Source: the human T2T-CHM13v2.0 reference genome, Homo sapiens. From it: 64,000 nt of DNA. The notes below the pieces were generated by a model. That model did not search any database and was not told where the DNA came from. It saw nothing but the letters and a program-made list of their open reading frames with translations. Location of the stretch: the NCBI RefSeq assembly GCF_009914755.1, contig NC_060934.1. One strand, given 5' to 3'. Of this stretch, positions 14,441 to 31,084 are shown piece by piece. The translations under genes were made by a program, and so were the position numbers. Numbering within the stretch: the stretch's first letter is position 1; every line of letters begins with the position of its first letter.

Positions 14441-14755
14441 TAGTCATGTTGCTTGATGAATGAGATACATTCTGAGAAATGCATCCTTTGGTGACTTAAT
14501 TGTGCAAACATCATAGAGTGTACTTACGCAAACCTAGATAGTACAGAGATTTTCATTTGTATATATTTTTTCATATGGAAAACCAAATGTCCCAGCACCA
14601 TTACTGGATATCAATCATTTCCCCTACTTGATCTGCAATGCCAGTATCAAGTGCCATATATCAGGTTTCTATACATGCTCCGTTGTAATCTTACGGGACC
14701 ACCATTGTATATGTAGTCTGTCAGTGACTGAAACATGGTTATGCAGTGCATAACA
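14441..14755 (-). mobile_element. Tigger3-family non-autonomous element (Tigger3d-like)
   Basis: Tigger3 ends (catagagtgtacttacgcaaacctaga; cttacgggaccaccattgtatatg) around an L1-like core. Confidence 0.8.
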
Positions 14756-15049
14756 TACATTCCTTATTTTGAAGTTTGGGTTCAATCATTATCAATAAAT
14801 GCTTTAGAAATCTTCATAAAGTTCAAGAATAAGAGACTAGATTTTTTTTTCTTTGGATATAATTTCTTTAAAAGTATTATTATTTCACCTTAGAAAGAGG
14901 AAACATGAAGATCATAGGATAATAGGATTTGGGTTTATTCTGTTTGGGTACATTTAGGACCACAAACTCCTACAGACTGCACAGCAATCCTACTACATCT
15001 ACTAGTCAACTCACTCTATTTCACACCTCTCTCTCCTCAAATGACCAGG

Positions 15050-16395
15050 ATTCCTCAGCCAGCCCATTTTATTTTACAGAGAAAAAAAGAAGCAATCTGA
15101 GGAGAACTTCTGTATCTTCCCATATGAAACCTTCTAATCAGTCTGTATTTTTACCTATATACCCTGCTTCCTGACCCCGTCACCCCAATCCGGATGCCCA
15201 GTGGGTTGCTGACTAAATTTAACCCTGCTACCTGTACACTGGAGGCCACACCTCTTTGGGATACTAAGGATATTGTTTCTAAAATTTCTTCCCTTTCTTC
15301 TGTATCATCAACTTTTTCCTCTGTACTGGGTCTTTCCCATTAGCATACACACACTGTAATTTCTTCTATTAAAAAGAAAAAAGCTTCATTGACTTCAGTT
15401 TCCTCTCTAGCTGTTGCCCAATTTCTTGGTTCCCATTTACAGTAAATCTCAGGAGACTTGTCTCTACCAATTATTTACACTTTCCCCCCTTCTCTCTTGA
15501 ACCCTCTCAAACCAGGCTTTTGTGCATCATCACTCCCCTTAAAAAACTTAATTCAGGGCCCAAGTCCAGGAGTACCACATAGCTAAATACAATGGTCAGT
15601 TCCCAGGTCCACCCTTGGTTTCTTAGCAGCATTTGCTCCATGGATTCACACCCTCCTTGAAGAAATCTCTTCTTTACTTGGCTTCCAGAACACCACATTG
15701 ACTGACTCCTTCCTCTCAGTCTACTTTCTTGGCTTTTTCTCACCTTGCTCAAAATGGTGGAGCACTAGGTTGGATCCTTAGACCTTTGCTCTTCTCACCC
15801 TACTCACATCGTATGCCCATGGATCTAAGTCCTGTTCTTATCAGATGGCTTAAATTTGCATTTCAGCTCCAGTCTCTCTCTTCAACTCTAGACTGGCTAA
15901 CAGCCACCTTCACATGTACTCTTGAATGTTCAGTTGACATTTCAAACCCAATATGTTCATGTCCTCTGCCATCCCTATACCTGCTCTCTTCACTGTCTCT
16001 ATAGGAGTAAATTGGAGGACTATTACCAGACCAAATACCTTGTAGGCTTTTTATTTTTTATTTTAAGATTTGACCACTTTTTAACCTCTCCAATGCTACT
16101 ACACTGTCCACTCTAGTCCTTGTTTACCCTCGTCCACTCCTGGACTACTACATGAGCCTCCTAAGTAGCTTCCTTGCTTCTAACTTGCCACTCCATGGAG
16201 CTTCTCCATTCAGCAGTCAGAATGATCCTTCTAAAAAATTAAGTTTAATCTTGCCACTCCTCTGTTCAAACTACCCAGATGGCTTCTTACAATAGCTGGA
16301 ATATATATATGTATATGTAATCCTGTGCTGCAAGGCCTTTCCTGATCTAGTCCCTGCTTATGTCTCTTGCCTTGTTTCTCACCACTCTTTCCGTT
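15050..16395 (+). mobile_element. L2 ORF2 region relic
   Basis: Pyrimidine-rich L2 motifs (ttttacagagaaaaaaagaagcaatc; cttggcttccagaacacca; cagcagtcagaatgatccttctaaaa). Confidence 0.65.
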
Positions 16396-16399
16396 ACTG

Positions 16400-16515
16400 C
16401 CTTCTGGACTGCTTAGTTAGCCTGCATCACTGTGTGAGCCAATTCTCCTAATAAATCCTGACCCCCTCCCTCTATTCTATTGGTTCTGTTTTTCTGGAGA
16501 ACCATGACTAATATG
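16400..16515 (+). mobile_element. MLT2 (ERVL) LTR 3' fragment
   Basis: tgtgagccaattctcctaataaatc...ctattggttctgtttttctggagaaccatgactaat. Confidence 0.6.
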
Positions 16516-16577
16516 CTAAGTAAGACAAAGTAGTTCAAACAATAGGGAATAATTCCCTCCTTCTTATGTAGCAACCT

Positions 16578-16621
16578 GAGTGTGTGTGAGTGTGAGTTTG
16601 TGTGTGTGTGAGTGTGTGTGT
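16578..16621. repeat. (TG)n-like microsatellite
   Basis: gagtgtgtgtgagtgtgagtttgtgtgtgtgtgagtgtgtgtg. Confidence 0.85.
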
Positions 16622-18819
16622 TATAAAGGAAGAAAGGGGAAGTGGTGGCACACAGAAAGGATGGGTGAATAAAGAGTAGAACTCTGCTTTTAATGACAAA
16701 AGAGTTTGAGGAAATGTCTACAATCTGAAGGACATGCTATAATTATGCATGCTGTTTTATTGGATACTTCACTGAAACTGAGCTCAACTCATGGCTTCCT
16801 TTTTGTAGATGCTACTGGGCAGCCCAGCTGGGGTCAAGACAGGTGTCAAGAGAAGTCACTCATATTGCATCAATTATGAGTTACATCTATCTTGGCACAA
16901 TCCATCAGATGACATTGTCTTGGGACAAAGGTTTGTCCATGGTGTTGATGGGCAGTTAGTGCCATAACCTCTTTCCTTTCCTCAGCATCTTTAATAAATA
17001 ACCCTTAACTTTATGGTCTAAGTGTTTCCTGCCTTTTGGGTGTATTAGGAAGGGTAGAGGTTAACTGTCTCATCCTATCTTTATGTGTTGAGTTAATCCA
17101 GGGCATACTGAGTTGTTCCTAAAATAAATAGATTGTATTTAATGATTAGAGGTCTTAGGATTCCATTTCAATAAGGCAGATTTCAAAGGAGTCCCTTACT
17201 TCTGTTCTCCTTACTTCCTCCTCTTAGCACAAGGTCAGTCTCTTTTTGCTATTCCTGTAAAGTTGAATTCAACCATTGAAATGATAGAGAATTCATGGAC
17301 TGGCCAGTTCTATCCAGGCCACTAAAGGAGAGTTTTCATGGGCTCTGGGAAGCATTTGGCTTTCTCTGCAGGCAACTCTGGAGAGAAAATTGGGGTTAAA
17401 GAGGAATCTTCCTTGTCTGTGAAAGAAGTTCTATATGTTAAAAAATTTATACAAATAATCTACTTGGCTGACAGAATTAATCATAAGGGGATTTAGTGAA
17501 GAGTGCTCAAGTTTTAGTTCAACTAAAAAGTACCCACTGTCCAATGGAGAGTTGAGCAAATCTGCTCCCTGCATTCTTTCTCAATTGACATCATAACTTT
17601 TTAATGGGTTTATTTTTGTCAAGCAGAGAAGCATAGAAATCCACTCTATTTTACTTGTCTCCAGCAGAGTGCATTTAGTAGAGCTCAGTGGTATGGTTTT
17701 GAAATTTTGAGAGGGGTGGGGAAGTGCTGAACGTTAATAAACATGAAGGTCAAGAAACCCAGAGTACAGAGGGTTTTGTTATTCTTTCAACATTTGTCAC
17801 CAGATGCTTGTTTCAAATAAGTCTGGCTTTGAGAAATGGTTTTAAAGACTTGCTTAGATGTGACAGCTGCAAGAGTCCCTCGTGAACTCTGAAATGGCAA
17901 TCTCAGCCCAGCTGCTCCTGTTTAGGGCTATCCAGAATGAAAATGCTATTAGCAACAGATTCATTTCTCCCCCTCTAATGGCTTTGATAAACATTGAGTG
18001 CCAATGAAGAGAGTGAGTTTCTTGTATTTTTCCTCCTGTCTGGGTTTAACAATAGTCCTGCATTCTTGACTACCAAGGGTATGCAAAAGTATAATAAACA
18101 TGGTAATGAGGAGCACTGCAGTGAACAAGCAAGCAGTAAGTACATGAAGGCTCTCAGTTTGTGGAGGGCTGAATTCCTGTGACTGCCTTGCAAGACAGAC
18201 TCTGTGGAGGACGGGAAGAGAGGGCAATACACCGAATTAACTCATTTCGTTAAAATTCACACAGGAATTTGACTGCACATCTCATACATGTTGAGGCATG
18301 CTTGGAGAATTTCCTTGAGGTAACTGACTGGTGTGAGGAGTGGTGCAGTTACTTTTAATAAAATTAAGTTTGATGCACTTCTTTGTGGATAGACTGTCTC
18401 ATCACTTAGATTGTCAACATATTGAAGGCACGAGTCATGGTTTATTGTGTTTTGTATCGTTCATAAATTCTAACATCATGTCATGTACCTCAATTTCTAA
18501 ATTAATTTTCTTTTTGTTGAGTGACACATTGGGAAGTTACAGAACTTGGTACCAACTAAAAGGAAAACCATGTGAGGACGTGGGAGTGGGAACAGTGGTG
18601 GGGGGAGTGGCTACTTACTACCCACCAATGCCATATTTTGCCTGTGTGTACTTTGGTATAGCGTCCAAGCAGGGACCCCAGGGGTAGTTTCTTGCTACCT
18701 GCACCCCTATCTTTCAAAATCCTACTTATCCTTCACTGTCCAGCTCAAATATCACCACCTCTAAGGAGCTGGGCCAAAATCCTCAGTTGAAATTAATTTT
18801 CTTCTCTCTATTCCTACGG

Positions 18820-19019
18820 CAGGGTTTCCAAACCTCAGCACTATTGCCGTCTTGTACCAGATAATTCTTCTTTTCTTTGGGGGGAGTGTCCTGTGCATTG
18901 TATGATGTTCAGCAGCATTCCTAGTCTCTACCTTCTGGAAGCTAGCAGCACTTCTGCTGTCTCCAAATATTGCCAAATGTCCCCTGGGGATCAAAATTGC
19001 CCTTGGTTGAGAATCACTG
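18820..19019 (+). mobile_element. MER20 (hAT-Charlie)
   Basis: cagggtttccaaacctcagcactattg...tgccaaatgtcccctgggg...gttgagaatcactg. Confidence 0.85.
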
Positions 19020-19030
19020 TTCTATAGCAG

Positions 19031-19395
19031 TGCTATAGTCTGCATGTTTATGTCCCTCCCAAATTTATATGTTGAAATCTTTACTTCCAAGGTGATGCTA
19101 TTAGGATAGTGAATCTTTGGGAAGTGATAAGGTCATGGGGGAAGAGCTCTCATGATTAGGATTAGTGCTTTCATAGAAGAGGCCCAAGAGAGAACGCTCC
19201 TTCTGTCCGCCATGTGGGATTAGAGGGAGAAGACCATTGTCTATGAACCAGGAAGCAGGCCCTTACCAACACCAACTCTGCTGGTGACTTGATCGTGGAC
19301 TTTCCAGCCTCCAGAACTGTGGGAAAACATTTCCATTGTTTATAAGCCACCCAGTCTAAGATAGTTTGTTATAGCAGCCAAAAAGACCTAAGTCA
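19031..19395 (+). mobile_element. MLT1A-type solo LTR
   Basis: TG...CA ends (tgctatagtctg...ctaagtca); 5-bp TSD agcag at 19026-19030 and 19396-19400. Confidence 0.88.
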
Positions 19396-19554
19396 AGCAG
19401 TTTCTTTGGATAGTCCTTACAGCAGTTGTCACATGTTCCTTTTTGTTAGTATATATACTTTCCTGTTAGATTTTAACCTCTTTGGGTGTAGAAAGCAACC
19501 TATAGTTTTTAATTTTGGTGAGGTCTCAGCATCACACTCTTAGCACATTTTTTT

Positions 19555-20070
19555 TTTTATTGCTTGCATAACAATTTACCACAAATTTAGTGGTTTAAAC
19601 AACACCCATTTATTAGCCCACAGTTCTGTAGGTCAGAAGTCTGGATCAGCTTGGCTAGGTTTTCTGCTCAGAGTCTCACAAGCTGTTGGCCAAAATGGGC
19701 TCTTACCTGGAGGCTCAGGGGAAGAATAGCCTTCCATGCTCATTCACGTTGACAGAATCCAGTTCCTTGCAGGTGTATGTCTAAGTTCCTTGCTGGCTGT
19801 CAGGTGGAGACACTCACTGCTCCCAGAAGCCATCTGTATTTCTTTTCATGTGTGCATGTCAAAATCGCCTAGTGCTTAAAATCCCTGACTTCCCCTTGTG
19901 GCTGCTCTTTTGCTACCACCCAGAGAAAGTTCTCTGCTTTTAAAGACTCCTGTGATTAGATTACCTCACCCAGATAATCTCTTCTCCTCAGGTCAGCTGT
20001 GCCATATAACATGACAGATTCACAGGAGAGATATCCTATCACATTCACAAAGTTCCAAAGATTAGGTTTA
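19555..20070 (-). mobile_element. MLT1 (D/E-like) LTR
   Basis: gcataacaatttaccacaaatttagtggtttaaacaacacccattta...cagttctgtaggtcagaagtc. Confidence 0.7.
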
Positions 20071-20074
20071 TTCC

Positions 20075-20735
20075 TTCTGTAATTGAGGTTTTTGGAGAGC
20101 AGGGTAGGTCTCTCAAACAGGTCCAAAATGGCTTGAAAGAGCAAGAAAAGGAGACTGGCTCAGAGTTCTTATTGTGGTTAGGAGGTGGAGCCCATGCAAG
20201 GGTTCCTGCATGGGAGGAGGGACTAGCATGGTTTCAGTCTCTTTTGGCACACCTGGGCTTTCTTATTGGCTTACTCAGATGTCCTGGTCCATTTCAGCTG
20301 CTGTAACAAAGCGTCATAGGCTGGATGGCTTATAAGCAACAGAAATATATTTCTTGCAGCTCTGGTGATTGGAAGTCCAAGCTCAGCATGCCAGCATGAT
20401 CAGTTCTGATGAGGGCTCTCTTCCTGGTTCATGACTGCCAACTTGTAACAGTATCATTATATGCAGAATAGGAGTTAGTAAGCTCTATGTCCTCTTCTTA
20501 TAAGAGCACTAATTCCATTCATGAGGGCTCCACCCTCATAACCTAATTATGCCCCAAATACTCCACCTTCTAATATCATCACATTGGGATTAGGGTTTCA
20601 ACAGATAAATATTGTGGGGAATCAACACTGAGTCCATTGTACCAGATGTGGAGCAGAAGGCAGTGAGGGAGGGGTGAAGCTTAAAAGCTATCATTAGTCA
20701 AACATCCAAAAAATGGAGTCAGACTCCTTGGAACA
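20075..20735 (-). mobile_element. ERV-type LTR relic split by MLT1A
   Basis: LTR-like end gtcaaacatccaaaaaatggagtcagactc; family not resolved. Confidence 0.35.
20280..20641 (-). mobile_element. MLT1A-type solo LTR
   Basis: tgtcctggtccatttcagctgctgtaacaaa...catgagggctccaccctcataacctaat...gagtccattgta. Confidence 0.8.
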
Positions 20736-20781
20736 TAACTGGTCATTTTATAAGGCACTGAACAGAAATTGTTTTTCAGAC

Positions 20782-21063
<282 letters not shown>

Positions 21064-21302
21064 AGACTTTTATTTTTATTTATTTTATTTTATTATTATT
21101 ATACTTTAAGTTTTAGGGTACATGTGCACAATGTGCAGGTTTGTTACATATGTATACGTGTGCCATGTTGGTGTGCTGCACCCATTAACTCGTCATTTAG
21201 CATTAGGTATATCTCCTAATGCTATCCCTCCCCCCTTCCCCCACCCCACAACAGTCCCCGGAGTGTGATGTTCCCCTTCCTGTGTCCATGTGTTCTCATT
21301 GT

Positions 21303-25161
<3,859 letters not shown>

Positions 25162-25224
25162 TATGATGTTAGCTGGTTATTTTGCTTGTTAGTTGATGCA
25201 GTTTCTTCCTAGCCTTGATGGTCT

Positions 25225-26241
25225 TTACATTTTGGCATGTTTTTTCAGTGGCTGGTACCGGTTGTTCCTTTCCATGTTTAGTGCTTCCTTCAGGAGCTCT
25301 TTTAGGGCAGGTCTGGTGGTGACAAAATCTCTCAGCATTTGCTTGTCTGTAAAGTATTTTATTTCTCCTTCACTTGTGAAGCTTAGTTTGGCTGGATATG
25401 AAATTCTGGGTTGAAAATTCTTTTCTTTAAGAATGTTGAATATTGGCCCCCACTCTCTTCTGGCTTGTAGAGTTTCTGCCAAGAGATCAACTGTTAGTCT
25501 GATGGGCTTCCCTTTGTGGGTGAGCCGACCTTTCTCTCTGGCTGCCCTTAACATTTTTTCCTTCATTTCAACTTTGGTGCATCTGACAATTATGTGTCTT
25601 GGAGTTGCTCTTCTCGAGGAGTATCTTTGTGGCGTTCTCTGTATTTCCTGAAACTGAATGTTGGCCTGCCTTGCTAGATTGGGGAAGTTCTCCTGGATAA
25701 TATCCTGCAGAGTGTTTTCCAACTTGGTTCCATTCTCCCTGTCATTTGCAGGTACACCAATCCGACGTAGATTTGGTCTTTTCACATAGTCCCATATTTC
25801 TTGGAGGCTTTGTTCATTTCTTTTTATTCTTTTTTCTCTAAAATTCTCTTCTTGCTTCAATTCATTCATTTCATCTTCCATCACCAAGACCCTTTCTTCC
25901 AGTTGATCGCATCGGCTCCTGAGGCTTCTGCATTCGTCACATAGTTCTCGAGCCTTGGCTTTCAGCTCCATCAGCTCCTTTAAGGACTTCTCTGCATTGG
26001 TTATTCTAGTTATCCGTTCGTCTAATTTTTTTTCAAAGTTTTTAACTTCTTTGCCATTGGTGTGAATTTCCTCCTGTAGCTTGGAGTAGTTTGATCGTCT
26101 GAAGCCTTCTTCTCTCAGCTCATCAAAGTCATTTTCCGTCCAGCTTTGTTCCGTTGCTGGTGAAGAGCTGCGTTCCTTTGGAGGAGGAGAGGTGCTCTGC
26201 TTTTTAGAGTTTCCAGTTTTTCTGCTCTGTTTTTTCCCTGT
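25225..26241 (-). pseudogene. L1 ORF1, 338 codons without a stop, start codon ATG>ACA
   Basis: Hand translation from 26241: TGKKQSRKTGNSKKQSTSPPPKERSSSPATEQSW...KELMELKA joins the 248-aa ORF 25225-25971; 1017 bp in total. Confidence 0.9.
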
Positions 26242-26836
26242 CTTTGTGGTTTTATCTACTTTTGGTCTTTGATGATGGTGACGTACAGAAGGGGTCTTGG
26301 TGCAGATGTCGTTTCTGTTTGTTAGTTTTCCTTCTAACAGAAGGACCCTCAGCTGCAGGTCTGTTGGAGTTTGCTAGAGGTCCACTCCAGATCCTGTTTG
26401 CCTGGGAATCAGCAGCGGTGGCTGCACAACAGCGGTGGCTGTAGAACAGCAGATCTTGGTGAACCACAAATGCTGCTGCCTGATCGTTCCTCTGGAAGTT
26501 TTGTCTCAGAGGAGTACCCGGCCGTGTGAGGTGTCAGTCTGCCCCTACTGGGGGGTGCCTCCCAGTTAGGCTGCTCGGGGGTCAAGGACCCACTTGAGGA
26601 GGCAGTCTGCCCGTTCTCAGATCTCCATCTGTGTGCTGGGAGAACCTCTACTCTCTTCAAAGCTGTCAGACAGGGACATTTAAGTCTGCAGAGGTTACTG
26701 CTGTCTTTTTGTTTGTCTGTTCCCTGCCCCCAGAGGTGGAGCCTACAGAGGCAGGCAGGCCTCCTTGAGCTGTGGTGGGCTCCACCACCCAGTTCGAGCT
26801 TCCAGGCTGCTTTGTTTACCTAATCAAGCCTGGGCA

Positions 26837-27076
26837 ATGGCAGGCGCCCCTCCCCCAGCCTTGTTGCCGCCTTGCAGTTTGATCTCAGACTGCTGTGCTA
26901 GCAATCAGCGAGACTCCGTGGGAGTAGGACCCTCCGAGCCAGGTGCGGGATATAATCTCCTGGTGTGCCGTTTTTTAAGCCCATTGGAAAAGTGCAGTAT
27001 TAGGGTGGGAGTGACCCTATTTTCCAGGTGCTGTCTGTCACCCCTTTCTTTGACTAGGAAAAAGGGAACTCCCTGA
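26837..27076 (+). CDS. L1 antisense ORF0 (79 aa), expression unknown
   Basis: MAGAPPPALLPPCSLISDCCASNQRDSVGVGPSEPG... within ORF 26765-27076; Kozak-like gcaATGg; donors cag|gtgcgg (26943) and cag|gtgctg (27028). Confidence 0.7.
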   Translation: MAGAPPPALLPPCSLISDCCASNQRDSVGVGPSEPGAGYNLLVCRFLSPLEKCSIRVGVTLFSRCCLSPLSLTRKKGTP

Positions 27077-28374
27077 CCCCTTGCACTTCCCGAGTGAGGC
27101 AATGCCTCGCCCTGCTTCGACGCCCGGTGCGCTGCACCCACTGTCTTGCACCCACTGTCTGGCACTCCCTAGTGAAATGAACCTGGGTACCTCAGATGGA
27201 AATGCAGAAATCACCTGTCTTCTGTGTTGCTCACGCTGGGAGCTGTAGACTGGAGCTGTTCCTATTCGGCCATCTTGGCTACACCCCCAGCGGCCAGACT
27301 TTTAAATGACAAAGTCAACTATGTGTCTTTTTCAATCAAGTCCTTTTCATTTGTTTCCTTAGTATATTCTTAAGTAATAATGAGCTATTACTCCAGTTAT
27401 CAGGTGTTTTCCTTTTGTTTTTAGTTTGGACTGTAGTGAACTCAGGGCTCCCCCTTCCTCCATTTTAAGCTAGTGAAAGAACAGAGGTCTGGCAACAGTT
27501 GGTATCCATAGTCACAGTGTGGTCACTGCCTCCAACTAGTGAGATGGCTGGAGCTTCTCTTTTATAAGTGATTGATGGCGGTGACACCCAATTTCTGCTT
27601 TTACTGGGGACATTGAGAGATGGGCTTCCTGTAATCACTAATGGAAATATTACAGGTAGCAACTATGCATAGTTTATCTGAAAGAAACGATATATTTTGT
27701 TTGGCTTTTTTTTTGCTTCAATTTCATTATTAATGTCTTAAATTAGTTTTAGGGATGAAATGATCAAGGTCTTGTGGTACCATGCTCTAAAAACACAAGT
27801 GACAATTGCATCCATTTCTCCTCAGATAAAGGAGGGAGCGTCACATGGGAAATAGTCAAGAACTGCCTCCAATTTGCAGCTCAGGATTTCCAAGAGTCCT
27901 CCTGGCACAAAGTATGAAGAGCAGACTCAAAATTAAAAATGGTCTTGATAATTGGATGATGGACAGAAGCCAACAAGTATGTAGTGGGATATTAGGAAAA
28001 ACTTCTCAAGGGACCTATGGAATGATTTGTCTTTTAATGAGAATAGAGGATACTAATCTTATAAAAGCTTTTCCTTCAAAAGAGTGTTACCTTTTCACTT
28101 AAATATGTCTTTATGTCTACAATGAGGGAAGACAGACCACTTATAACAGTGCCATGCTTGAAGTTCCTTTTGTTTTGGAGTTGGAATTCTGTGTGCAAGC
28201 ACAATTGAATTGTGTGTAGGCAATGAGGATTCTCATCCAAAGAGATTGTGTGTGCGTGTGTGTGTTTGTGTGTATGAGTGTGTGGTGCTTGGTTGGTTGA
28301 TATAAACCTGGATCCAAAGGTGGCCTACTCTAAATTAAGTTGACATGCCAGAACTTCTTGGATATACTAGAGAT

Positions 28375-28725
28375 CATTGGTCCTTAAAGTGTGGCCCAGA
28401 AACCCCTGAGAGTCCCTAAATCCATTTCAGAGGCTCTGTAAGTTCAAAGTGATTTTTATAATAATACTAAGATATTATTTTCCTTTGCACTGTGTTGTTA
28501 TTTGCACTGATAGCTCAACAAAAGTGGTGGGTAAATGTCTAGCTGCTTAACATGAATCAAAGCAGTAGCTCCAAACTGTACTTGTGATCACTGTATTTTT
28601 CATTCCCATGCTCTTGTAGTTTTTTTTTTTTAAAGCCAGTTTTACTTAAGAATGCTCTTAAAAAAAAAAAGAATGCTCTTAATAAAACAGTAAAAAATTA
28701 ATTTTATCAAATATCAAGCCTTGAG
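28375..28725 (+). mobile_element. Charlie1-type hAT fragment
   Basis: aaagtgtggcccagaaacccctgagagtccc...ttttataataatactaagatattatt...tttgcactgat. Confidence 0.7.
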
Positions 28726-29019
28726 TTTCTGACTTTTGGCTTCAGACATAAGTACAAGAGATTTACAGAGACTGTTTAGCTCTCACAATTGTGAAAGTAA
28801 AATCCTAGTAATAGATCTCTTATCTTATGTATCATTTCTAGTGGTTCAGTTTCTCTGATGGAACCCTGAGTGATACAAATCTTAAAGAGGGAGCTTGATA
28901 GTTATCTTCAAATATTTTCATGGTTATTTTTTGGCCAAAAAAGCAATTTTATTTTGTGTTGATTCAAAGTTTAGAATGCAGTTCCCACAGTAGAGTGAGA
29001 GACAGGGTGGTCTTTGGAC

Positions 29020-29200
29020 TTGGAGATGGACTAATTTGGTTTAGATTCCAGCTTTGCCAGTCACTTGCAGCTTTAGTTTTCTTATGTGTAAAATGGGGAT
29101 AGTAATTGTACCCATTTCATAGTAAAGAGAATTAAATGGGTTAATATATGGAAGGTACTTTAAATAGTGCCTGTCATAAACTAAGCACTATTAAAGGTTC
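29020..29200 (+). mobile_element. MIR
   Basis: ttagttttcttatgtgtaaaatggggatagtaat MIR core. Confidence 0.65.
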
Positions 29201-29282
29201 TGTTAAAATTCTTAAAAGTTACAGGGAAATAGATTTTGCCTCTTTAGGAATTTTTAAATCATTATAGCTGTTCAATAAAGTA

Positions 29283-29776
29283 CAGTTGATCCTTAAACAA
29301 CATGAGGGTTTGGGTGCTGACTCCCTGCAGAGTCAAAATCCATGTATAACTTTTGACTCCCTAAAAACTTAACTACTAATATCCTACTGTTGACCGAAAG
29401 CCTTATTGATAACATAAGCAGTCAATTAACATATTTTGTATGTTATATATATTATGACTGTATTCTTACAATAAAGTAAGCAAGAGAAAAGAAAATATTA
29501 CTAAAAATCATAAAGAAGAGAAAATATATTTACTATTCATTAAGTGGAAGTGGATTATTGTAAAGATCTTCAGCCTCACGGTCTTCATGTTGAGTAGGCT
29601 GAGAAGGAGGAGGAAGAGGAGGGGTTGGTTTTGCTGTCTTGGGTGACAGAGGCAGAGGTGGTGGAGGTGGAAGGGGATGTAGGAGAGGTAAACACACTCG
29701 GTGTAACTTTTATTGAAAAATATCAGAGTATACGTGGACCTTGCAGTTCAAACCCATGTTGTTCAAGGGTCAGCTG
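29283..29776. mobile_element. Tigger2a-like element
   Basis: TIRs cagttgatccttaaacaacatg / catgttgttcaagggtcagctg, flanked by TA on both sides. Confidence 0.88.
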
Positions 29777-31084
29777 TAATGCAATGCCTTGCAAAGAACA
29801 AAGCCTCCCTTGACTCTCACCAGGGAGGCAAGACGGAAAAGAAATATGACTTTTTAGTACAAAGACTTAATTCAGCCATTTGTTAGTTGTGTCATCACAG
29901 CAAGTCATTTAATCTCTCAAAATCTCCATGTCATCATCTACAATATAATTTAAGGGAAACAACATGATTAAAGGTGCTTTATTATCTACAAAGTGACCTA
30001 CAAATGTCAGTCCTTGTTATTTCCCTGAAATCTTTGAAGCAGAATCTGGTTGAGCTTCTCTTTGTCAATGACACCAGAGAAAGTATTCTTGTATTGAAGA
30101 GACGTTTGGACTAGGTAATCCCTGTGGCTTTCTCCAGCTCTGAGAGTCTATGAGCTGTTTCTCAAGTAGCCTGCCTGTTGAGGTTTGTGATCATACTAAA
30201 GGAATTAATAAGGGAAATTTAAATATATATATATATATATTATTTTTTTTTTGCCAGAGGGAATGAGATAAAGCTGTACTAAATAAGGAAATTAAATCAA
30301 GCAATCAGTTTGGAAGGTTGGCTCTTTCCACATATTATTGTCCCAATTTTAGTTGTGGTTGTTATTTGTTATTTGCGGAGGTCCTGCTTCATTTGAATTA
30401 CAGCCAGTTCTACTTGAAAGTGTGCAATTCCATCTTCCATACTAAGGTTTAGGATAATTTGACTTTCTCGTTTTCTTTCTCAGAGCCTCAGATTGTTATG
30501 GTTAAAAATAAAGTATTTATCTTCAGTTTAGAAATCTAATAAAACTTTGACAGGAATATGAAATGGTATAAAGCATCTCTTCAACAAATCCATCTCAATA
30601 ACACTTTCTGACAATCAAAAAACCTTCAGGGCCACCCCTTAATGACTTCTAAAGTCTTAACGGATTTCTACTAAGGATGCGAGAATGACTGAAAATGGGT
30701 TTTAAAGTAGTGCTAACTTGTTTCTTTTAAAATCCCTCTCTGATTTGGGTTTTGAAAAGGGTTTGAGATATGCGTCCATTAAAATGTAGACTGATGAAGT
30801 GATTACGATAATGAGAGCATTACTTGCCTCTGGTTTGGAATTACTAGAGAACTGCTCCAAGGTAAAAGTTTTGTAAAGAAAAAAAAGTGTTTCTGAGAGA
30901 CTTAGAGTCAAGCTGCAGAGGAAAGACGGTAGCTAGAAATCTACCTTCTAAGACCTGGGTGATTGTCTACAATGATGTGAGGCCTTGGGTATCCTAAGGT
31001 AGATCTAACCGAAAGTGGGCAAGTTTAAAAGATGCAATGTTTCTTAATGCCTGGTCACACTGTAAGAGTTAACTAGGGTAGATT

